A stretch of DNA of 64,000 nt from a bacterium (GTDB taxonomy: Bacteria; UBA8248; JACPRG01; G963555815): NCBI GenBank assembly GCA_963555815.3, contig CAUVWX020000001.1, positions 1,312,001 through 1,376,000 on the forward strand, in the 5' to 3' direction. Shown piece by piece: positions 49,066-60,200 of this stretch. The notes under the pieces were generated by a model, which made no database searches, was not told the DNA's origin, and saw nothing but the letters and a program-made list of their open reading frames with translations. Positions within the stretch are counted from its first letter, which is position 1. The number at the start of each line of letters is the position of its first letter. Position numbers and translations under genes: made by a program.

Positions 49066-50583
49066 ATGAACGTGACCGATGAGCAGGCCGGGCAGCCCGG
49101 CGACCCCTGTGTCATGGTCATCTTCGGTGCGTCCGGAGACTTGACCAAACGCAAGCTCATTCCCGCGCTATACAACCTTGCGAGGGACAATTTGTTGTCC
49201 AAGGAGTTCGCCGTTGTCGGACTCGCCCGGCGCGAGATGAGCACCGAGGACTTCCGAGAAAAGATCAGTCAGGACATCAAGGAATTCGCCACAGGCCCAG
49301 TCGATTCCGATCTTTGGCAGCGGTTTGTCCGGCGGCTCTACTATCTGCCGGGCGATGTTCAGGACGCGGACACTTACCGACGGCTTCAGGGCTTGTTAAC
49401 AGAAGTCGACAAAGAGCACGGCACGCGAGGAAATTACTTTTATTACCTCGCAACGGCTCCGGATTTTTTCTGCTCAGTTATTCAGCGATTGGCGGACGCT
49501 GGGCTTGTCCGGGAAAGCAGTGAGCAGTGGCGGCGGGTCATCATCGAGAAGCCGTTCGGACATGACCTCGATTCGGCGCGGACCCTCAATCGTGAGATAC
49601 AACAAGTCCTGGACGAGAACCAGATTTACCGCATTGATCACTATCTGGGCAAGGAGACGGTACAGAACATCCTGGTCTTCCGCTTTTCGAACGGCATTTT
49701 TGAGCCGATTTGGAACCGCCGCTATGTGGACCATGTACAAATAACGGTTGCCGAGAGTCTTGGTGTCGAGCAGCGGGGTGGCTACTACGACACGGCGGGG
49801 GCGCTGCGGGACATGGTGCCGAACCACATTTTTCAGTTGATGAGCCTGACGGCGATGGAGCCCCCGATTTCCTTTGAAGCGAATGCTGTGCGGGACGAGC
49901 AGACCAAGGTTTTGCGCGCCGTTCAAATCCTGTCCTCGGAGGAAATCCTCAATCGCACGGCGCGGGGTCAATATGGAGAAGGCACGGCTGACGGCAATCG
50001 AGTGCCCGGGTACCTCTCGGAACCGAAGGTCTCGCCCGATTCCCACACCGAGACGTTCGTCGCACTCAAGTTATACATAGATAACTGGCGCTGGGCGGAT
50101 GTGCCGTTCTACCTGCGGACTGGTAAATCCCTTCCCAAACGCGTCACCGAGATTGCCATTCAATTCAAGCGCGCCCCCTTTGTGCTGTTCGAAAAGACGC
50201 CTGTTGGAGAACTGGCGGCGAATCGGTTGATCCTCCATCTCCAGCCCGAGGAAGGCATCTCATTGAGCTTTGGCGCCAAAGTGCCCGGACCGCTGGTGCG
50301 CATGGGGACGGTCGATATGAATTTTAAATACAAGGACCACTTTGGATCCACGCCGAGCACTGGCTACGAGCGATTGCTGTATGACTGCATCATGGGGGAT
50401 TCGACCTTGTTCCAGCGCGCCGACATGGTTGAAACCAGCTGGTGTCTGGTGGCGCCCATCTTGGACGTTTGGAAGGCGCTGCCGCCACGGCACTTCCCCA
50501 ACTACGCTGCGGGGACCTGGGGGCCAAAGGAGGCGGATGACTTGATGCAGCGTGACGGACGAGCGTGGAGGAAGTGCGACTAG
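49066..50583 (+). CDS. zwf: glucose-6-phosphate 1-dehydrogenase
   Basis: [31 protein letters not shown]. Confidence 0.97.
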   Translation: MNVTDEQAGQPGDPCVMVIFGASGDLTKRKLIPALYNLARDNLLSKEFAVVGLARREMSTEDFREKISQDIKEFATGPVDSDLWQRFVRRLYYLPGDVQDADTYRRLQGLLTEVDKEHGTRGNYFYYLATAPDFFCSVIQRLADAGLVRESSEQWRRVIIEKPFGHDLDSARTLNREIQQVLDENQIYRIDHYLGKETVQNILVFRFSNGIFEPIWNRRYVDHVQITVAESLGVEQRGGYYDTAGALRDMVPNHIFQLMSLTAMEPPISFEANAVRDEQTKVLRAVQILSSEEILNRTARGQYGEGTADGNRVPGYLSEPKVSPDSHTETFVALKLYIDNWRWADVPFYLRTGKSLPKRVTEIAIQFKRAPFVLFEKTPVGELAANRLILHLQPEEGISLSFGAKVPGPLVRMGTVDMNFKYKDHFGSTPSTGYERLLYDCIMGDSTLFQRADMVETSWCLVAPILDVWKALPPRHFPNYAAGTWGPKEADDLMQRDGRAWRKCD

Positions 50584-51560
50584 TGATTTTGGCAGGGGAC
50601 ATCGGCGGCACGAATACGAGGCTTGCGTTTTTCGATGATGAGGGAGAGCGACCGAAACCCGTTGTCGTGGACGTGTTCCCCAGCGGCGCGCACAAGGGGC
50701 TGACCGAAATTGTCTCTCGGTTCGTCACGACACATCGCCTGCCTGTCGAGGGCGCCTGCTTCGGCGTTGCCGGACCCGTCATACACGGGCGTTCCGAGAC
50801 GTCAAACCTGGCGTGGATAGTGGACGCACGCGAGTTGGCGGACGAGCTGGGTTTGGAGACCGTTCATCTCATTAACGACCTTGAAGCCAACGCCTACGGC
50901 ATCGCTGCTCTTGGACCCGATGACTTCGCTATCCTCAATAAAGGAACCCCCAACGCAGGCGGTAACGCGGCCCTCATTTCAGCCGGCACGGGACTGGGTG
51001 AAGCGGGTCTTCACTGGGAGGGCGACCGCCATCAGCCCTTTCCTTCCGAAGGGGGGCACGTTGACTTTGCACCACGCAACGAAATAGAAGTCGAGTTGTT
51101 TCTCTACCTCCAAACCCGATTCGAGCACGTTAGTTATGAGCGTGTCGTTTCCGGCCCGGGCTTGTACAACGTTTATCAGTTCCTACGAGATACGGGGCGG
51201 GGCGATGAGCCGGCGTGGCTCGCCGATCGGATTCGCCAAGAGGACCCCCCTTCCGTCATCTCATCGGGCGCGATTGAGGGCGATTGCAAGCTGTGCGTTC
51301 AGGCGCTTGATCTGTTCGTGTCAGTGTACGGTGCGGAGGCGGGCAACTTAGCCCTGAAAGTCATGGCAACAGGCGGTCTGTTTGTAGGGGGGGGAATCGC
51401 TCCAAAGATCTTGCCGAAGCTGAAAGATTCTATATTCATGAAAGCCTTCACGGCAAAAGGCCGCATGAAGGCGTTGCTCGAAGCGATACCCGTTCATGTG
51501 ATTTTGAGCGACGAGACGGCTCTGGTCGGCGCCGCACGCTTGGCCGCGCACGGGCATTAA
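50565..51560 (+). CDS. glk: glucokinase
   Basis: [41 protein letters not shown]; start could be GTG at 50574 or 50583. Confidence 0.93.
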   Translation: MEEVRLVILAGDIGGTNTRLAFFDDEGERPKPVVVDVFPSGAHKGLTEIVSRFVTTHRLPVEGACFGVAGPVIHGRSETSNLAWIVDARELADELGLETVHLINDLEANAYGIAALGPDDFAILNKGTPNAGGNAALISAGTGLGEAGLHWEGDRHQPFPSEGGHVDFAPRNEIEVELFLYLQTRFEHVSYERVVSGPGLYNVYQFLRDTGRGDEPAWLADRIRQEDPPSVISSGAIEGDCKLCVQALDLFVSVYGAEAGNLALKVMATGGLFVGGGIAPKILPKLKDSIFMKAFTAKGRMKALLEAIPVHVILSDETALVGAARLAAHGH

Positions 51561-51624
51561 ACGCCAAAATTCCATCTGGACAGCCGCGGTGTCCCACCCC
51601 CGATGGTGGCCTTGGGGAGACCTG

Positions 51625-52632
51625 ATGGCGAGCATAGGCACGACGCTGAATCGGCACATCTTAGAGGAGGAGCAAAGGCACCCGGAGCTTGCCGGGCAGC
51701 TCCCGGCGCTGCTTGCTCAGACCGCCTTTGCTGCCAAAATCCTCTCACGCGAGATCAGTCGGGCGGCCCTGGTGGGAAAGCTGGGTTTGGTGGGGGAGAA
51801 AAACCCGACGGGTGACGCGCAGAAAAAGTTGGATGTATTCAGCAATGAGATAGTCATTGAAGCCTTTGCCAACACCCGCTTGGTCGCCGCCATCGCTTCC
51901 GAGGAGCTGGAAGAGGTGAAGTGCATAGCGTGTGAAACCGACGCCCAGTATGTCTTGTGCATGGACCCCCTCGATGGGTCATCGAATACGGACATCAACG
52001 GCGCCCTGGGGACCATATTTGGCGTTTACAAACGGAAAGCCGGCGCTCGCCGGGACGCAGTGGAAGACTTTCTTCGAAAAGGCTCGGAGCAGGTGGCGGC
52101 CGGCTACGTGATGTACGGCACGAGTACGGTCCTGGTCTACACTTTTGGCCACGGTGTCCATGGATTCACCCTGGACCGCGACCTCGGTGAGTTCCTTCTT
52201 TCACACGAGAGCATCCGTTGCCCCACACGTGGACGGACGTACAGCGGCAACCTGGCGCACTATCAAGAGTGGCATCCGAGCATCCAAAAACTCATCAATT
52301 ATCTGGGAGAACGCGATCCAGCCACAAAGCGGCCCTACTCACTGCGATACACCGGGGCGCTGGTTTCCGATCTGCACCGCAGCCTGCTTGAGGGAGGGCT
52401 TTATTTCTACCCGACAGATGAAAGGAATCGTGACGGCAAGCTGCGACTGCTGTATGAGTGCGCCCCATTGGCGTTCGTCGTGGAGCAGGCGGGCGGCCGT
52501 GCCAGCACGGGCACACAACGGATTCTGGACATCCAGGTTGAATCCATTCATCAGAGGGTGCCATTTGTGATCGGCAGCGCCGAGGACGTGACGCTTTACG
52601 AGAAGTTCTTGAAGGATGGGAAACCGTCATAA
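51625..52632 (+). CDS. fbp: class I fructose-1,6-bisphosphatase
   Basis: QKKLDV, ASEE, DPLDGSSN, RYTGALVSD, GKLRLLYE. Confidence 0.95.
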   Translation: MASIGTTLNRHILEEEQRHPELAGQLPALLAQTAFAAKILSREISRAALVGKLGLVGEKNPTGDAQKKLDVFSNEIVIEAFANTRLVAAIASEELEEVKCIACETDAQYVLCMDPLDGSSNTDINGALGTIFGVYKRKAGARRDAVEDFLRKGSEQVAAGYVMYGTSTVLVYTFGHGVHGFTLDRDLGEFLLSHESIRCPTRGRTYSGNLAHYQEWHPSIQKLINYLGERDPATKRPYSLRYTGALVSDLHRSLLEGGLYFYPTDERNRDGKLRLLYECAPLAFVVEQAGGRASTGTQRILDIQVESIHQRVPFVIGSAEDVTLYEKFLKDGKPS

Positions 52633-52641
52633 GGGGAAAAG

Positions 52642-53568
52642 GTGATGACCGGGCGAGTACAAGAGATCCTGGGGTGGTATGGAAGTGATAATCCGGGAAC
52701 GTTAACCAACCTTGCCCGGCTGATGAACCACGGCGTGCTGGCGGGCACGGGCAAAATGGTCATCCTGCCGGTGGACCAAGGTTTCGAACATGGTCCGGCG
52801 CGCAGTTTTGCGTCCAACCCGCCCGCCTACGACCCACAGTATCACTTTGGGCTCGCCGCTGAGTCTGGCTGCAATGGCTATGCCGCGCCCCTGGGTTTTT
52901 TGGAGGCGGGGGCGCGGGAGTTCGCAGGCGAAGTCCCGCTGATCCTCAAAGTGAACGATCACGACGCGCTCCTCGACGAGAAGGACCCCTGTCAGGCGTT
53001 GACCGGCAGCGTGGCGGATGCGCTCCGCCTGGGGTGTGTGGGGATCGGGTTCACCATTTACCCGGGCTCAGCACGCCGGATCGAGATGTATCAACAGATT
53101 CGCGCTTATGCGGAAGAGGCGAAGCGCTGCGGCTTGATCGTCGTAATCTGGTCTTATGCTCGGGGGTCGGGCCTGAGCAGACAGGGTGAGACGGCCATTG
53201 ACGTCGTTGGCTACGCCGCACATATCGCCGCGCAATTGGGGGCTCACATCGTCAAGGTTAAGCTGCCAGGCGCGAATGTTGAGCAAGAGGCGACGCGCAA
53301 AATCTATGAAAGAGAAAAAATTCCAATTGAGACGCTCGCGCAGCGGGTGCGTCATGTGGTGGAATGCACCTTTAATGGGAGGCGGATCGTCATCTTCTCC
53401 GGCGGGCCTCCTGAAACTGACGACGCACTATTAGAAGAAATCCGCGCTATCCGCGATGGCGGCGGATCCGGATCGATTATCGGGCGAAATTCGTTCCAGC
53501 GAAAGAAGGCCGATGCGCTTCGTTTGCTCGACAGCATCATGAAGATTTACGCTGGAGAAACGACATAG
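52642..53568 (+). CDS. fbaB: class I (DhnA-type) fructose-bisphosphate aldolase
   Basis: ILPVDQGFEHGP, GFTIYPGS, LGAHIVKVK, GSIIGRNSFQR. Confidence 0.92.
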   Translation: MMTGRVQEILGWYGSDNPGTLTNLARLMNHGVLAGTGKMVILPVDQGFEHGPARSFASNPPAYDPQYHFGLAAESGCNGYAAPLGFLEAGAREFAGEVPLILKVNDHDALLDEKDPCQALTGSVADALRLGCVGIGFTIYPGSARRIEMYQQIRAYAEEAKRCGLIVVIWSYARGSGLSRQGETAIDVVGYAAHIAAQLGAHIVKVKLPGANVEQEATRKIYEREKIPIETLAQRVRHVVECTFNGRRIVIFSGGPPETDDALLEEIRAIRDGGGSGSIIGRNSFQRKKADALRLLDSIMKIYAGETT

Positions 53569-53610
53569 TCTTCCACGTCGGCGCAGGGGAGGCGTCGCTG
53601 GGTCGCAGCG

Positions 53611-54384
53611 ATGAAAGAAAATCCCATATTATCAGCAAAAGGCGAAATCCGAATCCTGGCAAACCCTGATGAATTGAACCGCAGGGCAGCAGAGGAATTT
53701 GTCTGTTTGTCGGGGGAAGCGGTACAGGCAAAAGGGTTTTTTACGGTCGCGCTCTCTGGCGGGGGGACGCCTAAGAGCCTCTACTCGCTCCTGGCAAGTG
53801 AAGGCGACTCATTTCGGTCGCGGGTGTCATGGGACAAGATTCATTTTTTTTGGGGTGATGAACGTCACGTTTCACCTGATCGTCCCGATAGCAACTACCG
53901 CATGGTACAAGAGGCCATGCTGTCAAAGGTGCCTGTTCCGCCAGAGCATATACATCGGATCAAAGGCGAGAATCCAAACGCCAGTGAGACGGCACAGGAG
54001 TATGAGCAAGAACTGCGCAAATTCTTCTGGTTGGGTGCAGGGCAATTGCCCCAGTTTGATTTGGTCCTGTTGGGGTTAGGCCCAGATGGGCACACCGCTT
54101 CTATCTTTCCTGGGACCGACGTCATCCTCGAGCAAAGACGCCATGTGGTCGCCTCCTGGGTCGAGAAGTTCAACGCCCATCGGGTCACGCTGACTCCCCC
54201 GGTGTTCAATAACGCTGCCTGCGTTATCGTTCTCGTCACTGGCGGAGAGAAAGCAGAAACGTTGCGGGCGGTCCTTCACGAGGAGTATCGGCCTGAACGC
54301 TTGCCAGCGCAGCTCATCCGCCCCACAAGAGGAAGGCTGCTCTGGCTGGTGGACCGTGAAGCGGCACGACTCCTGCCGCCTTAG
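53611..54384 (+). CDS. pgl: 6-phosphogluconolactonase
   Basis: LSGGGTP, FWGDERHV, LLGLGPDGHTASIFP, RVTLT. Confidence 0.95.
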   Translation: MKENPILSAKGEIRILANPDELNRRAAEEFVCLSGEAVQAKGFFTVALSGGGTPKSLYSLLASEGDSFRSRVSWDKIHFFWGDERHVSPDRPDSNYRMVQEAMLSKVPVPPEHIHRIKGENPNASETAQEYEQELRKFFWLGAGQLPQFDLVLLGLGPDGHTASIFPGTDVILEQRRHVVASWVEKFNAHRVTLTPPVFNNAACVIVLVTGGEKAETLRAVLHEEYRPERLPAQLIRPTRGRLLWLVDREAARLLPP

Positions 54385-55481
54385 GAGCTTTCGAAGAAAT
54401 GGAGGCCGCGGCAGGGAGTGCTCCTCAAGACAATCTGTTCATCAGGGACCTGGGACGGCCTTTCAACGGAGGGAGAGGCTGCGAGCGGTGGCAGGTTCAG
54501 GGCCCTCCGGAGTTCCCTCCGGAGTTCAGACCTGCGTCTTGCCACGAGCTCCCAGTTGGGCTGGAGGAGGGAAACGTCCGAGAGGGCGGGTAGACCCTCG
54601 GGGGGCGGGATGTCCGCCCGCGAGGGGTATATCCCCTTCAGGGCAAAGAGCTTCTGCACCTGGTCCGAGAGGAGAAATTCAAGGAGAATTTCTCCGGCCT
54701 TTGGATGCGGGCTCCCTTTGATAAGGGCGGCGGGGGCCGGAACCACAGGGACGCCCTCTTCAGGAAAAGTGAGAGAAAGGGGCTCCCCGCGTTGAAGGGC
54801 CCGCCAGGCCGCATCCCCCTCCACGGCAATGGCAGCACCCCGGTCTCCCTGGGCGACCAACGTGAGGGCTTGCGGAGAAACCTCCTTGACGAGGAGCTGG
54901 TTTTGCGCGAGCCCACGCAAAAAGTCCCACCCGTAGAGATTCACCGCCGTCATTGACCAGTAAAAAGAGGTGACGGAGCCCTCTGGGTCCGGGAGAACGA
55001 GGCGGTCTTTAAACCCCTCCAATTCGCGCCATGTCTTCGGGGCCTCCTTTTCTTCTCCCTGTGTCCGGTGGACGAGGAGGGCGGCCGTGGCCCGGGGGGC
55101 GATCCAGGAATTCTCGGCGTCCTTTAGCCAGGCGGGGACCTTGGCGGAGGTCTCAAGCTGGCGGGGGCGCAGGAGCCCCTCCTTTTTCAGTTCGAAGAAG
55201 GGCCCCGGATCGTTGAGGTGGAGGACGTCAGGGGGATTTTGCCGAAGTCTCGCCAGGACCTCCTGATTGCTTCCCAAGAAGGGGACGACCCGGATCCCGT
55301 GAGCCTCCTGGAAGGCCCGGCCGATCTCCTCCGCAAGCGCCTTGTCGAGATTGGCATAGAGAGTAACCTCTCCCTCCTCCTGTGCGCCTTGGAGGTCGAG
55401 GGAATCGGGGTGCGGGCCAAGGGCCACGGGTCCACAGCACCCCGCGAGAAAAAGAAAGAGGAGGCTTCGAATCTTCACCAC
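54381..55481 (-). CDS. ABC transporter substrate-binding lipoprotein (Fe3+/AfuA-like class)
   Basis: Lipobox LAGC, AQEEGEVTLY, PKTWREL, FPEEG, HPKAGEILLEFLLS. Confidence 0.8.
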   Translation of the reverse strand: MVKIRSLLFLFLAGCCGPVALGPHPDSLDLQGAQEEGEVTLYANLDKALAEEIGRAFQEAHGIRVVPFLGSNQEVLARLRQNPPDVLHLNDPGPFFELKKEGLLRPRQLETSAKVPAWLKDAENSWIAPRATAALLVHRTQGEEKEAPKTWRELEGFKDRLVLPDPEGSVTSFYWSMTAVNLYGWDFLRGLAQNQLLVKEVSPQALTLVAQGDRGAAIAVEGDAAWRALQRGEPLSLTFPEEGVPVVPAPAALIKGSPHPKAGEILLEFLLSDQVQKLFALKGIYPSRADIPPPEGLPALSDVSLLQPNWELVARRRSELRRELRRALNLPPLAASPSVERPSQVPDEQIVLRSTPCRGLHFFESS

Positions 55482-55682
55482 TATTGATTAACTCCCATCG
55501 GTGGAAATGTGACCTCTTGCTTGTGGACAAAGCATATCAAGAGATCCCCTGTCCGTCCAAAAGGATTTCTGCTTGGATTTGGAGGGCACACCCAGGGCCG
55601 CCGTGGTAAAATTTTCTCTGGAATAAATAAGCCTTTGGGAGGTTTTTCAGATAGGCCGAGTCGAAGCGAGAGGGAGGGTGTG

Positions 55683-55991
55683 ATGGCGGATTTTGTGAGC
55701 GTCTGTAAGGCCGAGGAGCTGGAGTCGGGAAAGGGTATGGTCGTGGACGTCGGAGGGACATCTGTCGCCCTCTTCAACGTGGGGGGGGCCTTCCACGCCA
55801 TTGACAATACCTGTCTTCACCGCCAAGGACCCCTTGGGGAGGGAGAGCTGGACGAGGCAATCGTGACCTGCCCCTGGCACGGCTGGCAGTATGACGTGAC
55901 GACAGGGAAAAACGTCATGAACGAGGACATCTGCGTTGCCAGATATGAGGCCAAGGTGGAAAACGGGCAGATCATGGTGAAGATGGGATAG
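55683..55991 (+). CDS. Rieske-type [2Fe-2S] ferredoxin
   Basis: CLHRQGPL and CPWHGWQYD motifs. Confidence 0.93.
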   Translation: MADFVSVCKAEELESGKGMVVDVGGTSVALFNVGGAFHAIDNTCLHRQGPLGEGELDEAIVTCPWHGWQYDVTTGKNVMNEDICVARYEAKVENGQIMVKMG

Positions 55992-56164
55992 AAGGAGAAC
56001 GTGCTTTGACAAAGGGCCCCCATCCTGCCCTGAGAAGCCCCCCCTTTTTCGGTCGAAGGGTGCGCCAGTTTTTGCTATATTGTATGGACTTTAAATTTTC
56101 GGTTTTTATCTCCCTGCAGAGAGGGTTGCCCATTTTTGGGCCATGTGGATGAAGGAGAAATCTC

Positions 56165-57242
56165 ATGGGCGCGGGTATTGGAATTCGGCTGGGTGTCAAA
56201 GTCCTGGGGCTCCTCCTGCTGATCGGAGTCCTGGCTGACGGGCTTTCTGCGTAAGTACGGCCCGAGATCCATTGTCAGGGGTGGGGCCTCTTTTGAGACC
56301 AAGATCCAGCGCATCCGAGCCATCTCCCCGGAAGGGTCCACCTTTGACATCATCGCTTTTCGGTTGTGCGAGGCCGTCCAGAACGGACTCATCACGAAGG
56401 ACTTTTACGAGCAGGCTCTGCTGACCCGTCTCGCCCCTGAGGGCGGCGCGGCGATAGTGAAGTGGAACCTGAGCGGGGATGTCAATATCCAGGGCAAGAA
56501 CGCGGAGCACCTGGCCGATGTGGAGATCGAGCTGGGCTTTGAGCCGCCGCGGGTGACGACGACCTTCCCCGACGGCACATTTAGCTTTCGCATGAGGCCG
56601 GAAGATGCCGAACGGGCCATCGTCCTTCGGGCGCGAAAGGCGGGCTATCAGATGCATGTCGAGCGACTCCGCCTGCACCCCAACATGGCCGCTGTGAGCA
56701 TCTCCATGACACCCCTGGTGGACACCTTCACCGTGGGAGGGCGCATCGGCGATGAGGAGGGCCAGGAGCCCCTGGAGGGGGTCCTGGTTTTCCTGGAAAT
56801 TGAGCCTCCACTTGAGATGGTCACCCGAACGGACGGGGCCTTTCGGTTCGACGTGCCGCGAGACAGCCTGGAGAAGTTTGTCAGCGTCGAGGTCGACCGG
56901 AGAGGCTATCGGCCCCATGTCCAGGAGTTCAAGTTGCAGGAAGAGATGCCGCCCATTGTGATCCTGCTTCGGAAGGCCGTTTTCCCCGTGACAGGCCGCA
57001 TACGCTCCAGGGACACGGGGAGGGAGTTGGAGGGGGTCTAGGTGACATTGCAGGTGGAGCCTCGGATCGAAGCGGTCAGCCGCAGTAACGGCGCCTTTCG
57101 GCTCCTCATCCCGGACTCCCACGACGGGGCCTTTGCGACCCTTCGGGCCGAGAAGCCGGGGTATAGGCCCTACACCCTCGACGTAGAGCTTCTTAAGGAG
57201 GGGATTGCCCCCCTTGATTTGGAGATGACACCCGACTTTTAG
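56165..57242 (+). pseudogene. disrupted exported protein with carboxypeptidase-regulatory-like beta-sandwich repeats
   Basis: Signal peptide, TAA at 56252, +1 shift at about 56270, repeats of G.I.D..G..LEGV.V..T..DG.F..GY, in-frame TAG at 57039. Confidence 0.7.
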
Positions 57243-57263
57243 GCGGAAAAGGGAGATAGTCTC

Positions 57264-60200
57264 ATGAAGTCTCGGGTTTTCTCTATCCTTGTCCTGAGTC
57301 TGCTCTTTGTCTTCGCCGAAGTGTCCTTGGGCCAGGCCTATCAGGGACTGGAGGGCACGGAGGCGGAGGAAGAAGAGGGCACCCTAGCCCCCCTGGCCCC
57401 GCTGGGCGAGGAGGAGGAGGGGTTCAAGTTTCAGGAAAGGGAGGGATTAGAGGAGGAGTCCGGGGAGGTCAGAAGGCCCGAGTACATCCCCGAGGCCCCC
57501 ACGGGGGACATCTATCCCGTGACGGTGGAGGCCCTGAAGGGGGGTGCAGGAGAGGCCCTTGTCAATCAGCAGGTCCTCCTCAAGGTTTATTTCGGCAAAC
57601 GGGGCTCCCTCGAGGCGAAGCGCTATGGGTTGAAAGGGAAGTATCACCACTTCACTGTTCGCAATCGCAATCTGGATGTCCTCGGCCGCGTCTGGATTCC
57701 TGAGGGAAAGGAAGAGATCCTCGGGAAGCTCCGCCGGGGAACCCAGATCACGATCCTGGCCCGAGTCCATGACGTCACAACGCTTCTAAGAGAGCCCGTC
57801 CTTGACGTTTCCGACATAAGGCGTGGATGGAACTGGAGGGCAGAAGACTTCCTGCTGGGGGGAGAAGAAGTCGTTGCGGCACCTTCGCCGACTCCGCCGA
57901 CAGAAGGCGCTCCCTCGGAAGAGGCCCTTCCACCGGGTGTTCTTGCCATCGGTTCCCGTCCCGGCGGGGCGGACCTCTTTATCAACGGCGAGGATAAGGG
58001 CAAAACTTGGGAGGGCGGTCTGCGGGATTTCGAGCTTCCTCCCGGCGCTTACATCATTGCCCTCCACAAGGATGGTTATCATTCCTTTCGCTTTCGATAT
58101 GAACTCGAACCCGAGCAGCGACGCGAGATCCGACCCGAGCTAGAGCTTTTGCGGGAGGAGGCCCCGCCCGTCGCTCGTACGATCACGGTTCCCAACGTCG
58201 TGGGTCTGTCGTTAGAGGTCGCCCAAAATGTTCTGGGCGAGGCAGGGTTTCGGGGAGCGGAGGCTGGCACGGCTCTCACCACAGACCCGGGTCAGGTGAA
58301 CAACGTGGTGAGCCAGAGTCCGGTGGGAGAGACTCAAGCGCCTTCGGGTAGCGATGTGAGCCTCGTCATCGGTCACAGCGAAGGCCCGCCGTCCCAAACT
58401 CCGCCCTCGCGCAAGGTCATGGTCCCCGACGTGGTGGGGAAGTCCCTCGAAGACGCCCAGGCTGCCTTGGGCGAGGCGGGGCTTGACGCGAAGGTGGTGG
58501 GCCACCAGGACACGTCAGATCCCGCCCTTCAGGACCAGGTGGTGCATCAGGCTCCCCCGGGGGGGACTGAGTTGCCCCGTGGGAACCATGTGAACCTCAG
58601 GCTCTATCGCATTGCCGCGGCCCCGCCGTTCCAAACTCCGCCCTCGCGCAAGGTCATGGTCCCCGACGTGGTGGGGAAGTCCCTCGAAGACGCCCAGGTT
58701 GCCCTGGGTCAGGCGGGGCTTGACGCGAAGGTGGTGGGCCACCAGGACACACCGGACCCCGCCCTTCAGGACCAGGTAATGCATCAGGCTCCTCCGGGGG
58801 GGACTGAGTTGCCTGAGGGGAACCATGTGAACCTCAGGCTCTATCGCTTTGCCACGGCCCAGCTTGTAGATGTCCATCGGTGGTTCCATCCCAGGAGCGG
58901 GGACCACTTCTACACCACCGACCCGAGCGGAGAACTCGCCTCTCGATCTGGCTATACCAGTGAGGGGATCGGCTTTAAGCTCTGGCGCTCGGAGGTCGGA
59001 GACAGCACCCAGCTTTACCGCTGGTTCAACCCCGGGACCGGAGACCATTTCTATACGACAGACCCGACAGGGGAGCTCGCGCCTCAGTCCGGCTACCAGG
59101 CCGAAGGGGTGCTCGCCTGGATTTTGAAGAGTGAGGCGCCAGGGACTGTTCCCCTTCGTCGGTGGTTTCATCCTGGGAGCGGCGACCATTTTTACACGAC
59201 CGATCCCAGTGGAGAACTCGCCCCTCGCTCTGGCTACACCAATGAGGGCGTGACGGGCTACGTCATGCCAGGGGGAGGCGCAGCGCCCCGTCCCGAGCCG
59301 ACCCTCCTCCCGGTCCCCAATGTCCAGAATGACCCACTTGAAGTGGCCAAGGGCAAGTTGCGCGAGGCGGGGCTTGAGGCGAAGGTGGTAGGGAACCAGG
59401 GGACACGCGATGCCGCCCTCAAGGATCGCGTGGCGGTTCAGGCGCCTGGGGCAGGGGCCCGGGTGTCCCGCGGAAGCGTAGTGGACCTCACGCTTTACAG
59501 CTTGATCACGCCCCCACCGCGAGAGTCGCCGCCCGGGCTCAGCTGGACCCCTGGGGCCTCTATGCCCACCCCGCGGTTTTCCCCCCACGCCGCAACGATC
59601 GATGGGCTTCTTTATGTCGTAGGGGGCCACGATGGTAGGGCGGACACGCCTGTGCTGGAGGCGTACAACCCGTCAACGGCGACGTGGAAGAGTTTGGCCT
59701 CCCTGCCTAGAGCGGGTTCTGGCAACCTGGGTCGGTATGGCGGCGTGATTGGGGTGATTAACGACAAGATCTATCTGGTGGGCGGGTGGCGCATTTCCCC
59801 CCCCCTTCCCACGGGCACACTGCATATCTACGACCCGAAGGCGAATAGCTGGACCCGAGGGGCCTCCATCCCGGTCCCGTCCTCTCGACTCAGCGCTTGC
59901 TCCGCCGGTGGGGTGATCGGCGGGAAGCTCTATGTCCTGACGGCCTGCAATGGTCACAGCGGCTTTTTCAAATTCTTCCATGTCTATGACCCCGGTCAGA
60001 ACAGATGGACCCAACTTCGCGATGCGCCCAATATCCACGCCGATGCGGCTGCAGGGGTCATCGGTGGGAAGCTCTACGTGGCGGGTGGTGGCATATGGGG
60101 TAACCCCTCGGCCACACTCGACGTCTATGACCCTGGGACAAATAACTGGACCACCAAGACCTCTATGCCCACGGCCCGCAACGGGATGGCCGGCGGGGTT

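Noticed and set aside
51625..53568. Calvin cycle or RuMP formaldehyde-fixation cluster
   Set aside because: No RuBisCO, phosphoribulokinase or Hps/Phi in the window.
57039..57041. Pyrrolysine read-through of the in-frame TAG
   Set aside because: No pyl genes in the window, and the same gene also has an in-frame TAA.
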